Shown in pieces: positions 8,934-16,924 of a stretch of DNA of 26,747 nucleotides. Positions within the stretch are counted from its first letter, which is position 1, and each line of letters starts with the position of its first letter. The translations under genes and the position numbers were made by a program. Below the pieces are notes generated by a model. That model saw only the letters and a list, made by a program, of their open reading frames with translations. It searched no databases and was not told where the DNA came from. Source of the stretch: Flavobacteriales bacterium (GTDB lineage Bacteria > Bacteroidota > Bacteroidia > CAMBQF01); contig JBIPNX010000001.1 of NCBI GenBank assembly GCA_044378145.1, positions 1 to 26,747 of the forward strand, given 5' to 3'.

Positions 8934-8966
8934 AAAAAGCCCCGACATTGCAGTCAGGGCTTTTTT
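8934..8966. terminator. Bidirectional intrinsic terminator between convergent mqnE and guaB
   Basis: AAAAAGCCCCGAC-ATTGCA-GTCAGGGCTTTTTT. The single C/A mismatch on + is a U-G pair on the guaB strand. A/T tracts on both sides. Confidence 0.85.
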
Positions 8967-8983
8967 AAGCTATAATCTTTTTG

Positions 8984-9014
8984 CTAGAACCTAGCCCCTA
9001 GAACCTAAAAACTA
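8984..9014 (-). repeat. Degenerate 7-bp tandem array (TAG-N4)x5 starting at the guaB stop codon
   Basis: Minus strand: TAG-TTTT-TAG-GTTC-TAG-GGGC-TAG-GTTC-TAG. Confidence 0.75.
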
Positions 9015-10475
9015 CATCCCATAATTAGGAGCGTGGCTGGTGATAGATACCCCATGTGGGTGGCTCTCTTTTAAGCCTGCATTGGTAATGCGCACAAACT
9101 GAGAGTTCTCTTGCAATGCTTTAACGTTGGCAGCGCCGCAATAGCCCATACCTGCGCGTAAACCGCCTACCATTTGATACAATACCTCGGCTATAGAGCC
9201 TTTATATGGTACACGGCCTGAGATACCTTCTGGAACTAACTTCTTAATATCATCTTCCGCATCCTGGAAGTAACGGTCTTTAGAACCTTGTTGCATGGCT
9301 TCTATAGAGCCCATACCGCGGTACGATTTAAACTTACGGCCTTCGTAAATAATAGTATCGCCCGGACTTTCGTCAACACCGGCAAATGCAGAGCCTGCCA
9401 TAATAGAAGCAGCACCTGCAGCAATGGCTTTTACAATATCTCCAGTAAACTTAATACCACCATCGGCAATAAGGGGAATGCCTGTGCCTTTCAAGGCTTC
9501 GGCTACGTTAAATACAGCCGTAAGCTGCGGAACACCCACACCGGCAATAATACGTGTGGTACAAATAGAACCCGGGCCAATACCCACCTTAACACCATCG
9601 GCACCTGCCTCAACCAAAGCTAAAGCAGCCTCGGCAGTGGCAATGTTACCTGCTATTACCTGTAAATCGGGGAATTGTGTTTTGGTGCGTTTTACGGCAT
9701 CAATAACACCTTTAGAATGCCCGTGGGCGGTATCAATAATAACAGCGTCAACACCGGCCTTTTCAAGGGCTGAAATGCGCTCCAGCATATCGGCAGTAAC
9801 ACCAACAGCAGCAGCAACGCGTAAGCGGCCTAAATCGTCTTTACAGGCGTTAGGGCGTATACGGGTTTTAATAATGTCTTTATAGGTAATAAGGCCCACC
9901 AGTTCAAACTTATCATTTACAACAGGCAGCTTTTCAATTTTATGTTCCTGAAGAATGTCTTCGGCCTTGGCAAGGTCAACTTTATCGGCAGTAATAAGCC
10001 CTTCGCTGGTCATAACCTCGCGTATAGGGCGGTTCATGTTTTTCTCAAAACGCAAGTCGCGGTTGGTTACAATACCTACCAGTTTACGGTCGCCGTTAAT
10101 TACCGGTATACCACCAATCTTGTTCTCCTTCATCAGCCCTAAAGCATCGGCAACTAAGGCATCTTCCATCAAGGTAACAGGGTCCAGTATCATTCCGCTT
10201 TCACTCCGTTTTACCTTTTTTACCTCTTCGGCCTGGCGTTGTATGCTCATGTTTTTGTGCAACACCCCAATGCCGCCTTCCTGCGCAATGGCAATAGCAA
10301 GGCCACTCTCGGTAACGGTATCCATAGCGGCAGATACAACAGGTACGTTGAGTTTTATTTTTTTAGTAAACCAGCTGGAAACATCAACCTCGCGGGGGAG
10401 GACTTCAGAATAACGTGGAACGAGTAGAACGTCGTCGTAAGTAAGGCCTTCGCCAATAAATTTAGAACTTGCCAT
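9012..10475 (-). CDS. guaB: Inosine-5'-monophosphate dehydrogenase with CBS pair
   Basis: [22 protein letters not shown] region, IDTAHGHS, catalytic loop [32 protein letters not shown]. Confidence 0.98.
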   Translation of the reverse strand: MASSKFIGEGLTYDDVLLVPRYSEVLPREVDVSSWFTKKIKLNVPVVSAAMDTVTESGLAIAIAQEGGIGVLHKNMSIQRQAEEVKKVKRSESGMILDPVTLMEDALVADALGLMKENKIGGIPVINGDRKLVGIVTNRDLRFEKNMNRPIREVMTSEGLITADKVDLAKAEDILQEHKIEKLPVVNDKFELVGLITYKDIIKTRIRPNACKDDLGRLRVAAAVGVTADMLERISALEKAGVDAVIIDTAHGHSKGVIDAVKRTKTQFPDLQVIAGNIATAEAALALVEAGADGVKVGIGPGSICTTRIIAGVGVPQLTAVFNVAEALKGTGIPLIADGGIKFTGDIVKAIAAGAASIMAGSAFAGVDESPGDTIIYEGRKFKSYRGMGSIEAMQQGSKDRYFQDAEDDIKKLVPEGISGRVPYKGSIAEVLYQMVGGLRAGMGYCGAANVKALQENSQFVRITNAGLKESHPHGVSITSHAPNYGM

Positions 10476-10503
10476 AAACCTTGATTTAAGATTATATAGC
10501 GAG

Positions 10504-10511
10504 CAAAGATA
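10504..10511 (-). promoter_or_regulatory. -7 promoter box (TATCTTTG) for guaB
   Basis: Exact TAnnTTTG on the minus strand, 28 nt upstream of the ATG. Confidence 0.7.
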
Positions 10512-10574
10512 GTGATAATTTGTTTAGGTCAACTTAATTTGACTAAGGTCATAGTATGTTCAATTGCATTTATA

Positions 10575-10582
10575 TACTTTTG
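10575..10582 (+). promoter_or_regulatory. -7 promoter box (TACTTTTG) for the 10598 gene pair
   Basis: TAnnTTTG match 15 nt upstream of the ATG at 10598. Confidence 0.55.
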
Positions 10583-10597
10583 AGTATTATTTAATCC

Positions 10598-11311
10598 ATG
10601 CAAGCCATGAAAAAATCTCTGCTATTATCAGTTTTTACCCTGCTGTTAAGCATTTCGGCAATAGCCCAATGCGATATGTACTTTCCCTTAAAAGCAGGTG
10701 CGTCGTTCGAAATGACAACATATAACACCAAAGAAGAACCTAACGGAACAGTAACCTATTATATTAAAGAGGTGCGTAACAATGGAACCGAGGCCGATTT
10801 GATGAGCGAGGTAAAAGACAAGAAAGGCAAGGTACAGTCTACTGCCACTTATACCGTACTATGCAAAGGCACTGAGATGTATATTGATATTAAAGCACTG
10901 GTACCCGCAGCAACCATGGATGGCTATAAGGATATGGATGTGAAAGCCAAAGGCGAGGGTTACCTGGTATTGCCCAGTGCCTTAACTGTTGGTGCTACAT
11001 TGCCTGATGCTACAATGAGTTGGGATATATCGGCACAAGGGCAAACTACCGTTATGACCACCCTGAGCATGACTGTTACCAACCGAAAGGTAGAGGCTAA
11101 GGAAACCATTACTGTGCCTGCAGGTACTTTTGAGTGTTATAAAATTACAGGTAATACCCGCATGGAAACAGCTACCTTTGGCCTTAAAGTACCCATTGAA
11201 ATGAAAACCATTGAGTATTTTGCCCCCGGTGTAGGTTTGGTAAAATCTATTACCTACAACAAAAACGATAAGCTCCAGGGCTCTACGGCGCTCAGCAAAA
11301 TAAATAACTAA
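10598..11311 (+). CDS. Secreted hypothetical protein, DUF3108-like/TapB-like family
   Basis: Sec signal peptide ending IAQC; YFPLKAG; ETITVPAGTFECYKIT; EYFAPGVGLVKS. An alternative start is the ATG at 10607. Confidence 0.6.
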   Translation: MQAMKKSLLLSVFTLLLSISAIAQCDMYFPLKAGASFEMTTYNTKEEPNGTVTYYIKEVRNNGTEADLMSEVKDKKGKVQSTATYTVLCKGTEMYIDIKALVPAATMDGYKDMDVKAKGEGYLVLPSALTVGATLPDATMSWDISAQGQTTVMTTLSMTVTNRKVEAKETITVPAGTFECYKITGNTRMETATFGLKVPIEMKTIEYFAPGVGLVKSITYNKNDKLQGSTALSKINN

Positions 11312-11314
11312 GAG

Positions 11315-12334
11315 TTGGATAAGAAGAAACGAAATTGGTTAAAGTCCCTATTGTTTACCGCAGTGGGGATTTTGCTTTTTGCCCTGGTACTTTGGGCTGT
11401 TTTATTTAGAGGGGCAAACTCGTTTAGCAGCCTGCGCGATAAGTTTAATACCATCCCATCTACCTATTATATTGCTATCCTAATTTTTACCAGTATTACC
11501 CATTTTAGCCGCGCTGTTAGGTGGAGGTTGATGGTGCAATCTACGGGGCATAAACCACGTTTAGGTACTACGGTTTTAGCTACTATGAGCGCTTATTTTG
11601 TAAACCAGGGCTTGCCCAGGGTAGGGGAGGTAACGCGTTGCACAGTGCTGGCTGACACCGACAAAGTACCCCTGCAAAAATCTATTGGAACTGTAATTGC
11701 AGAGCGTGTAACCGATGTGCTATGCATGCTGGTTATCAGCACTACCATACTATTATTCCACTTGAATATATTGTACGATTTTGTTTACCAAAACCTGTAC
11801 ACACCATTAGTAAAATTATATAACGAAAACTTTACCAAACTACTTATTGTTGGTGTTGTTGGGTTGATTTTGCTAGCTGCATTTTTATGGTGGTGGCGTG
11901 GGTATTACCGCAAGCATAAAGACGGTAAGTTAAGCGAAATAATTAAGGGTTTATTGGATGGATTGCTGAGTGTGTTCCGCTTGAAAAAGCAGGCTCAATT
12001 TTGGGGCCATACGGCCTTTATTTGGTTTATGTATTTTGTAATGACCTGGTATTGGTTTGATGCCTTTCCAAGCATAGCAAACTTCACCTTTGGGCAGATA
12101 CTGTTCATATTCGCGTTAGGTAATTTTAGCCGCGCTATACCTATACAGGCAGGGGCTTTGCCTGTGTATATGTTATTAGTATCGCAAGCGCTAATTCTCT
12201 TAGGAGCCGACCCTGTTGAAGCCGGAATATTGGTTTTGATTATTCCCGGAATACAAACCCTGTTTTACCTGGTAGCGGGTGGTAGCTGCTTTGCTATTTA
12301 CCTGCTGTTTAGAGGCAGGTGGGCAAGGGGTTAA
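11315..12334 (+). CDS. UPF0104 / lysylphosphatidylglycerol synthase transmembrane (flippase-like) domain protein
   Basis: Polytopic hydrophobic protein with RAVRWRLM, YFVNQGLPRVGEVTRC and IGTVIAERVTD. TTG start 3 nt after the upstream stop. Confidence 0.78.
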   Translation: MDKKKRNWLKSLLFTAVGILLFALVLWAVLFRGANSFSSLRDKFNTIPSTYYIAILIFTSITHFSRAVRWRLMVQSTGHKPRLGTTVLATMSAYFVNQGLPRVGEVTRCTVLADTDKVPLQKSIGTVIAERVTDVLCMLVISTTILLFHLNILYDFVYQNLYTPLVKLYNENFTKLLIVGVVGLILLAAFLWWWRGYYRKHKDGKLSEIIKGLLDGLLSVFRLKKQAQFWGHTAFIWFMYFVMTWYWFDAFPSIANFTFGQILFIFALGNFSRAIPIQAGALPVYMLLVSQALILLGADPVEAGILVLIIPGIQTLFYLVAGGSCFAIYLLFRGRWARG

Positions 12335-12660
12335 TTAGCTGATACAAACTTCAACCCTACAATAGAAGCAATAAGGGTGGTAATAAAGAATAACCGCCAA
12401 AAGTCGGCGGGTTCTTTAAAAAAGAATATACCGATGATAACAGTACCTACAGCACCAATGCCTGTCCATACCGCGTAGGCAGTGCCTAAGGGCAGGGTTT
12501 TAGTAGCCATATATAACAGCTGCATACTTAAAGTTAGGCAAACGAAAAAGCCCACCATCCATAGGGTAGATGTAGTACCACTTGTTTCTTTTGCTTTGCC
12601 TAAGCAGGTAGTAAAACCTACCTCAAATAAGCCACCTATGATGAGTAAAATCCAGTTCAT
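12331..12660 (-). CDS. SMR (DMT superfamily) small multidrug resistance transporter, SugE/Gdx-like
   Basis: 109 aa with four TM segments, membrane Glu13 (GGLFEV), LPLGTAYAVWTGIGAVGT, FFFKEP and GLK in TM4. Confidence 0.88.
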   Translation of the reverse strand: MNWILLIIGGLFEVGFTTCLGKAKETSGTTSTLWMVGFFVCLTLSMQLLYMATKTLPLGTAYAVWTGIGAVGTVIIGIFFFKEPADFWRLFFITTLIASIVGLKFVSAN

Positions 12661-12717
12661 AATATTAATGCATAATGCACAACGATTAAACGGAAATGAT
12701 GCAGAGTTATATGGTGA

Positions 12718-12739
12718 ATTCCCGCTTACGCGGGAATGA
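12718..12739. repeat. REP-like palindrome ATTCCC-N8-GGGAAT(GA)
   Basis: ATTCCCGC-TTAC-GCGGGAAT is a perfect 8-bp stem. It has the same form as Neisseria dRS3 and the widespread GATTCCCGC....GCGGGAATGAC elements. Confidence 0.65.
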
Positions 12740-12750
12740 TATTTAGATTG

Positions 12751-12774
12751 CTAGAAACTAGCACCTACAACCTA
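12751..12774 (-). repeat. Degenerate 7-bp tandem array (TAG-N4)x4 starting at the metH stop codon
   Basis: Minus strand: TAG-GTTG-TAG-GTGC-TAG-TTTC-TAG. Confidence 0.7.
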
Positions 12775-15700
12775 ATACCCCAATACCGGGCTCAACCAAC
12801 GCTCAATAACTTTCAACTCCATGCCTTTGCGGCCGGCGTATTCAACCACCTGGTCTTTTTGTATTTTACCTAAGCCAAAGTATTTGCTTTGAGGGTGGGC
12901 AAAGTACATACCGCTTACAGCGGCGGTTGGGTACATGGCAAAGCTTTCAGTTAATGTAATATCGGCTTTGGCAGTGGCATCAAGTAATTTAAATAGCGTG
13001 GCTTTCTCAGTATGGTCGGGGCAGGCAGGGTAGCCCGGTGCGGGACGAATACCTTGGTATTTCTCAGCTATCAAATCAAAATTATCCAGCGTTTCATTTG
13101 GTGCATAGCCCCAAAATTCTTTACGCACACGCAGGTGCATCATCTCGGCAAAAGCCTCGGCCAGCCTATCTGCAAGGGCTTTCAACATGATGCTGTTATA
13201 GTCGTCATGGTCAGCTTCAAACTCGGCTAATTTCTTTTCTATACCAATTCCAGAAGTAACGGCAAATCCACCCCAATAATCGGGCAGGCCGGTTTCTTTA
13301 GGCGCGATAAAATCAGCGAGCGCGTAGTTGGGTTGCCCCGGCGCTTTTTTGTTTTGCTGGCGTAGGGTATGTATGGTTTCTAAAACCGTTGTGCGGGTTT
13401 CGTCGGTGTACAATTCAATATCATCGCCCACAGCATTGGCAGGCCAAATACCTATCACAGCTTTAGCCGTTATCCATTTTTCGTCGATAATTTTTTGTAG
13501 CACAACTTTAGCATCAGCATACAATTTAGTGGCTTCAACGCCTACTACTTCATCTTCTAAAATAGCAGGGAAACGCCCCGCCAATTCCCATGTTTGGAAG
13601 AAAGGTGTCCAGTCGATAAACTTAGCAAGCTCTTCTAACGAATAATCTTCAAATACTTTGGTGCCGGTAAATTTGGGCGTATATAAATCGTCAATATTCC
13701 ACTCAATGGGCGTACGGTTGGCACGTGCTGCCTCAATACTTATTGATTCTTTACCCGATTTTTTGCTCTCGTGCATTTCGCGCAAAGCAGCATATTCGGT
13801 TTTAATGCCGGCTTCAAATTCTTCTTTATTCTCTTTGCTTAGCAAGCTACCTGCAACAGGCACCGAGCGCGAAGCATCCAGCACATGTACAACAGCACCT
13901 GAATATTTAGGGGCAATTTTTACCGCAGTATGCATACGCGATGTGGTAGCGCCACCAATCAGCAATGGCATTTTCATACCACGCGCTTCCATCTCTTCGG
14001 CAACATAGGCCATCTCATCAAGCGATGGTGTAATAAGCCCGCTCAGGCCAATAATATCGGCGCCAATTTCCTGCGCTTTATCTAATATTTTTTCGGCAGA
14101 AACCATTACGCCCATATCAACAACCTCGTAGTTGTTGCAGCCTAATACCACGCCTACAATGTTTTTGCCAATATCGTGCACATCGCCTTTTACGGTAGCC
14201 ATAAGCACACGGCCTGCACTAGATGATGTACCTTCTTGTTTAGCAGCTTCTATAAACGGCAACAAGTATGCTACTGCTTTTTTCATCACACGGGCGCTTT
14301 TAACCACTTGTGGCAGAAACATCTTGCCTGCGCCGAACAAATCCCCAACCACGTTCATTCCGTCCATCAGTGGGCCTTCAATAACATCAAGCGGGCGGTC
14401 CGATTTTTGGCGGGCCTCTTCCACATCTTCATCAATATGGTCAACAATGCCTTTTATTAGAGCGTGTGCCAGGCGTTTCTCCACAGGCTCTTCGCGCCAG
14501 CTATTATCAACCAGAATTTCTTTGCCTTTGCCTTTAAAACTTTCGGCCATTTCTATTAATCGCTCGGTAGCATCGTCGCGGCGGTTTAGTAGCACATCCT
14601 CCACACGCTCCAAAAGGTCTTTTGGAATTTCTTCGTACACCTCAATCATACCGGCATTTACAATGCCCATATCCAAGCCCGCTTTTATAGCGTGGTATAA
14701 GAAGGCCGAGTGCATAGCCTCGCGCACTTTATCATTGCCGCGGAATGAGAATGAGATATTACTTACCCCGCCTGAAACCTTTGCCCCGGGCAGGTTTTCT
14801 TTAATCCATTTAGTAGCGCGGATAAAATCAACCGCGTAATTATTATGCTCTTCAATACCCGTTGCAACAGTTAAAATATTCGGGTCGAAGATGATATCTT
14901 CGGCAGGAAAACCTACCTGTTCTGTTAAAATTTTATAGGCGCGTTCGCATATAGCAATGCGGCGTTCGTAGCTATCGGCCTGGCCAGTTTCGTCAAAGGC
15001 CATAACCACCGCAGCAGCGCCGTAGCGTTTTACTTTTTTAGCATGGGCAATAAAGGCGGCTTCGCCTTCTTTTAAGCTGATTGAATTTACAATCGACTTG
15101 CCTTGCACGCATTTTAAACCGGCTTCAATAACGCTCCATTTAGAGCTGTCAATCATTACCGGAACGCGTGATATATCAGGCTCAGAGGCAATCAAATTAA
15201 GAAAGCGCACCATAACGGCCTCGCTATCCAACATACCTTCGTCCATGTTTACGTCAATAACCTGCGCACCATTCTCTACCTGTTGGCGGGCCACAATAAG
15301 AGCTTCCTCATAGCGGCCATCAATAATCAGTTTGGCAAATTTGCGGCTACCGGTTACGTTGGTACGCTCGCCAATGTTAATGAAGTTGTTGCCTTCTACT
15401 TCCACCATCGGCTCTAAGCCGCTGTAATGGCTGCGCTTTGGTAAATGCGGAGCAACACGGGGTTTATATTCAGCCGCCACGCGGGCAATAGCCGCAATAT
15501 GGTCGGGCGTGGTGCCACAGCAACCACCTACTATGTTTACAGAGTTAGCTTCTAAATATTCACGCACTTGCGTAGCGGTTTCTTCGGGCAATTCATCGTA
15601 TTCGCCAAAGGCGTTAGGCAAGCCTGCATTAGGATAGGCCGATACTTTAAACTCGGTATTACGCGCCAGTGTTTGAATGTAAGGCTTAAGCTGGCGTGCA

Positions 15701-16479
15701 CCTAAGGCGCAGTTAAAGCCAACGCTTAACAAGGGTAAATGTGATACTGAGTACAAAAATGCCTCAGCAGTTTGGCCTGAAAGGGTACGGCCCGAAGCAT
15801 CTGTAATGGTGCCCGATACCATGATGGGGTACATGTCGCCAATTTCTTCAAAGTACTTATCTACCGCAAATAGCGCGGCTTTGGCGTTAAGCGTATCAAA
15901 AATAGTTTCAATAAGGATGATGTCTACACCGCCTTCGCACAAGGCTTTCACCTGCTCATAGTAATAATCAGCCAGTTGGTCGTAGGTAATAGCACGGTAA
16001 CCAGGGTCGTTAACATCGGGAGATAATGATGCAGTTTTATTTGTCGGGCCAAGGGCGCCGGCTACAAAGCGCGGTTTGTCTGGGTTCAGCGCCGTCATTT
16101 CATCGGCTACCTCACGGGCAATTTTCGCTGATTCGTAGTTGATTTCGTATACCAAATGTTGGCAATCGTAATCCTCTTGCGCTACCTGCGTGCCGCTAAA
16201 GGTGTTGGTTTCCACAATGTCAGAACCGGCCTCGTAATATTGCTTGTGTATCGCCTTGATAATATCGGGGCGGGTAAGCGACAGTATATCGTTATTTCCT
16301 TTTAAAGGCTTATGATGGTCCTTCAACGAAGGATAGTTCCTGAAATCATCTTCTGTCAGCTTATAACGCTGAATCATGGTGCCCATGGCACCATCTAATA
16401 CCAATACGCGTTGCTCCAATGCAGCGTAGAGCTGCTTACGGCGTTCTGCCAATGTTGTTGTAGTTACTGTAGTTTCCAA
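12772..16479 (-). CDS. metH: Cobalamin-dependent methionine synthase, full four-module form
   Basis: [17 protein letters not shown] and GGCCGTTP (Hcy domain); [10 protein letters not shown] and DVNMDEG (pterin domain); [16 protein letters not shown] (B12 motif DxHxxG); [17 protein letters not shown] (reactivation domain). An in-frame TAA at 16495-16497 makes TTG 16479 the furthest possible start. Confidence 0.98.
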   Translation of the reverse strand: METTVTTTTLAERRKQLYAALEQRVLVLDGAMGTMIQRYKLTEDDFRNYPSLKDHHKPLKGNNDILSLTRPDIIKAIHKQYYEAGSDIVETNTFSGTQVAQEDYDCQHLVYEINYESAKIAREVADEMTALNPDKPRFVAGALGPTNKTASLSPDVNDPGYRAITYDQLADYYYEQVKALCEGGVDIILIETIFDTLNAKAALFAVDKYFEEIGDMYPIMVSGTITDASGRTLSGQTAEAFLYSVSHLPLLSVGFNCALGARQLKPYIQTLARNTEFKVSAYPNAGLPNAFGEYDELPEETATQVREYLEANSVNIVGGCCGTTPDHIAAIARVAAEYKPRVAPHLPKRSHYSGLEPMVEVEGNNFINIGERTNVTGSRKFAKLIIDGRYEEALIVARQQVENGAQVIDVNMDEGMLDSEAVMVRFLNLIASEPDISRVPVMIDSSKWSVIEAGLKCVQGKSIVNSISLKEGEAAFIAHAKKVKRYGAAAVVMAFDETGQADSYERRIAICERAYKILTEQVGFPAEDIIFDPNILTVATGIEEHNNYAVDFIRATKWIKENLPGAKVSGGVSNISFSFRGNDKVREAMHSAFLYHAIKAGLDMGIVNAGMIEVYEEIPKDLLERVEDVLLNRRDDATERLIEMAESFKGKGKEILVDNSWREEPVEKRLAHALIKGIVDHIDEDVEEARQKSDRPLDVIEGPLMDGMNVVGDLFGAGKMFLPQVVKSARVMKKAVAYLLPFIEAAKQEGTSSSAGRVLMATVKGDVHDIGKNIVGVVLGCNNYEVVDMGVMVSAEKILDKAQEIGADIIGLSGLITPSLDEMAYVAEEMEARGMKMPLLIGGATTSRMHTAVKIAPKYSGAVVHVLDASRSVPVAGSLLSKENKEEFEAGIKTEYAALREMHESKKSGKESISIEAARANRTPIEWNIDDLYTPKFTGTKVFEDYSLEELAKFIDWTPFFQTWELAGRFPAILEDEVVGVEATKLYADAKVVLQKIIDEKWITAKAVIGIWPANAVGDDIELYTDETRTTVLETIHTLRQQNKKAPGQPNYALADFIAPKETGLPDYWGGFAVTSGIGIEKKLAEFEADHDDYNSIMLKALADRLAEAFAEMMHLRVRKEFWGYAPNETLDNFDLIAEKYQGIRPAPGYPACPDHTEKATLFKLLDATAKADITLTESFAMYPTAAVSGMYFAHPQSKYFGLGKIQKDQVVEYAGRKGMELKVIERWLSPVLGY

Positions 16480-16492
16480 ATTAACCTCCTTT
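16480..16492 (-). promoter_or_regulatory. Canonical Shine-Dalgarno (AAGGAGGT) upstream of the metH TTG start
   Basis: Minus strand AAAAAAAGGAGG-TTAAT-TTG; GGAGG lies 5 nt from the start codon. Confidence 0.6.
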
Positions 16493-16598
16493 TTTTAGGC
16501 CTTTAATATCAATACCAAGCGCACAAACGCGTTTGCATTTGCAAGACAGTATAAACCGGATATAAAGTGTACAGGGAATTACTTAGAAGCATCGCTAT

Positions 16599-16719
16599 AC
16601 TTATCTCACCAAAACATTGCTGTTTTAGAGGAGTTGGCACCTTCGGAACGGGGCGATGAAGCGCCGTTAGGGGTTGCCAAGACTTCAACGGGCCGGTCCC
16701 TCAGTCTTTCTTGATAAGT
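16599..16719 (-). ncRNA. SAM-I (S-box) riboswitch aptamer upstream of metH
   Basis: Minus strand ACTTATCAAGAAAGACTGAGGGACCGGCCCGTTGAAGTCTTGGCAACC...AAGGTGCCAACTCC...GAGATAAGT. It has P1 ACTTATC/GATAAGT, the kink-turn GAGGGA..GGCCC..TGAAG, GCAACC and GGTGCyAAyTCC. Confidence 0.95.
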
Positions 16720-16736
16720 TGTATCAAAGAACACTG

Positions 16737-16768
16737 CAAATATAATATATAATTAACCAATTAGCAAA
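16737..16768 (-). promoter_or_regulatory. Full Bacteroidota promoter for the SAM-I/metH transcript: TTTG-N20-TATATTTG
   Basis: -33 TTTG at 16768-16765 and -7 TATATTTG at 16744-16737, 20 nt apart, just upstream of the aptamer. Confidence 0.8.
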
Positions 16769-16831
16769 TTAGCCTTTTAACCAATGTTTAAACAGGTTAA
16801 TTAACACCCTCAATTATTTTTTGTTCGGGCT

Positions 16832-16857
16832 GTAACTTATTGCTTTTTAGTATCGTT
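16832..16857 (+). promoter_or_regulatory. Possible ECF-sigma promoter GTAAC-N16-TCGTT for the lipoprotein gene
   Basis: TGTAAC-TTATTGCTTTTTAGTA-TCGTT fits the AAC...CGT architecture of ECF promoters. No TAnnTTTG box was seen for this gene. Confidence 0.4.
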
Positions 16858-16924
16858 TATATATACCAAAACCACCACGCTACAGGATACACAACTACGC
16901 TAACCTAAATCCATCAGAGTAGTT

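Noticed and set aside
8984-9014. TAG arrays as TRAP-binding sites
   Set aside because: TRAP binds (G/U)AG triplets with about 2-nt spacers and about 11 repeats. These have 4-nt spacers and 3-6 units, and the genes are unrelated to tryptophan.
5341-10427. Short ORFs overlapping porE-like, aroB, mqnE and guaB (for example 5341-5568, 6697-6930, 7828-8232, 9424-9885, 9955-10413)
   Set aside because: Alternative-frame or antisense shadows of well-supported conserved genes.
10476-10597. Purine riboswitch upstream of guaB
   Set aside because: The -7 box is only 28 nt from the ATG, leaving no room, and no purine aptamer motifs are present.
12661-12750. Guanidine riboswitch upstream of the SMR gene
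   Set aside because: No twin ACGR-loop hairpins (class II) or class I/III motifs; the only hairpin is the ATTCCC palindrome with a GTAA loop on the coding strand.
12482-15313. Plus-strand ORFs opposite metH, including the 235-aa 14132-14839, and 12482-12739
   Set aside because: Antisense shadows of metH or the SMR gene; no start context or motifs.
16520-16546. Intrinsic terminator in the SAM-I expression platform (GCAAATGC-AAAC-GCGTTTGT on minus)
   Set aside because: A weak stem with several G-U pairs and no following U-tract.
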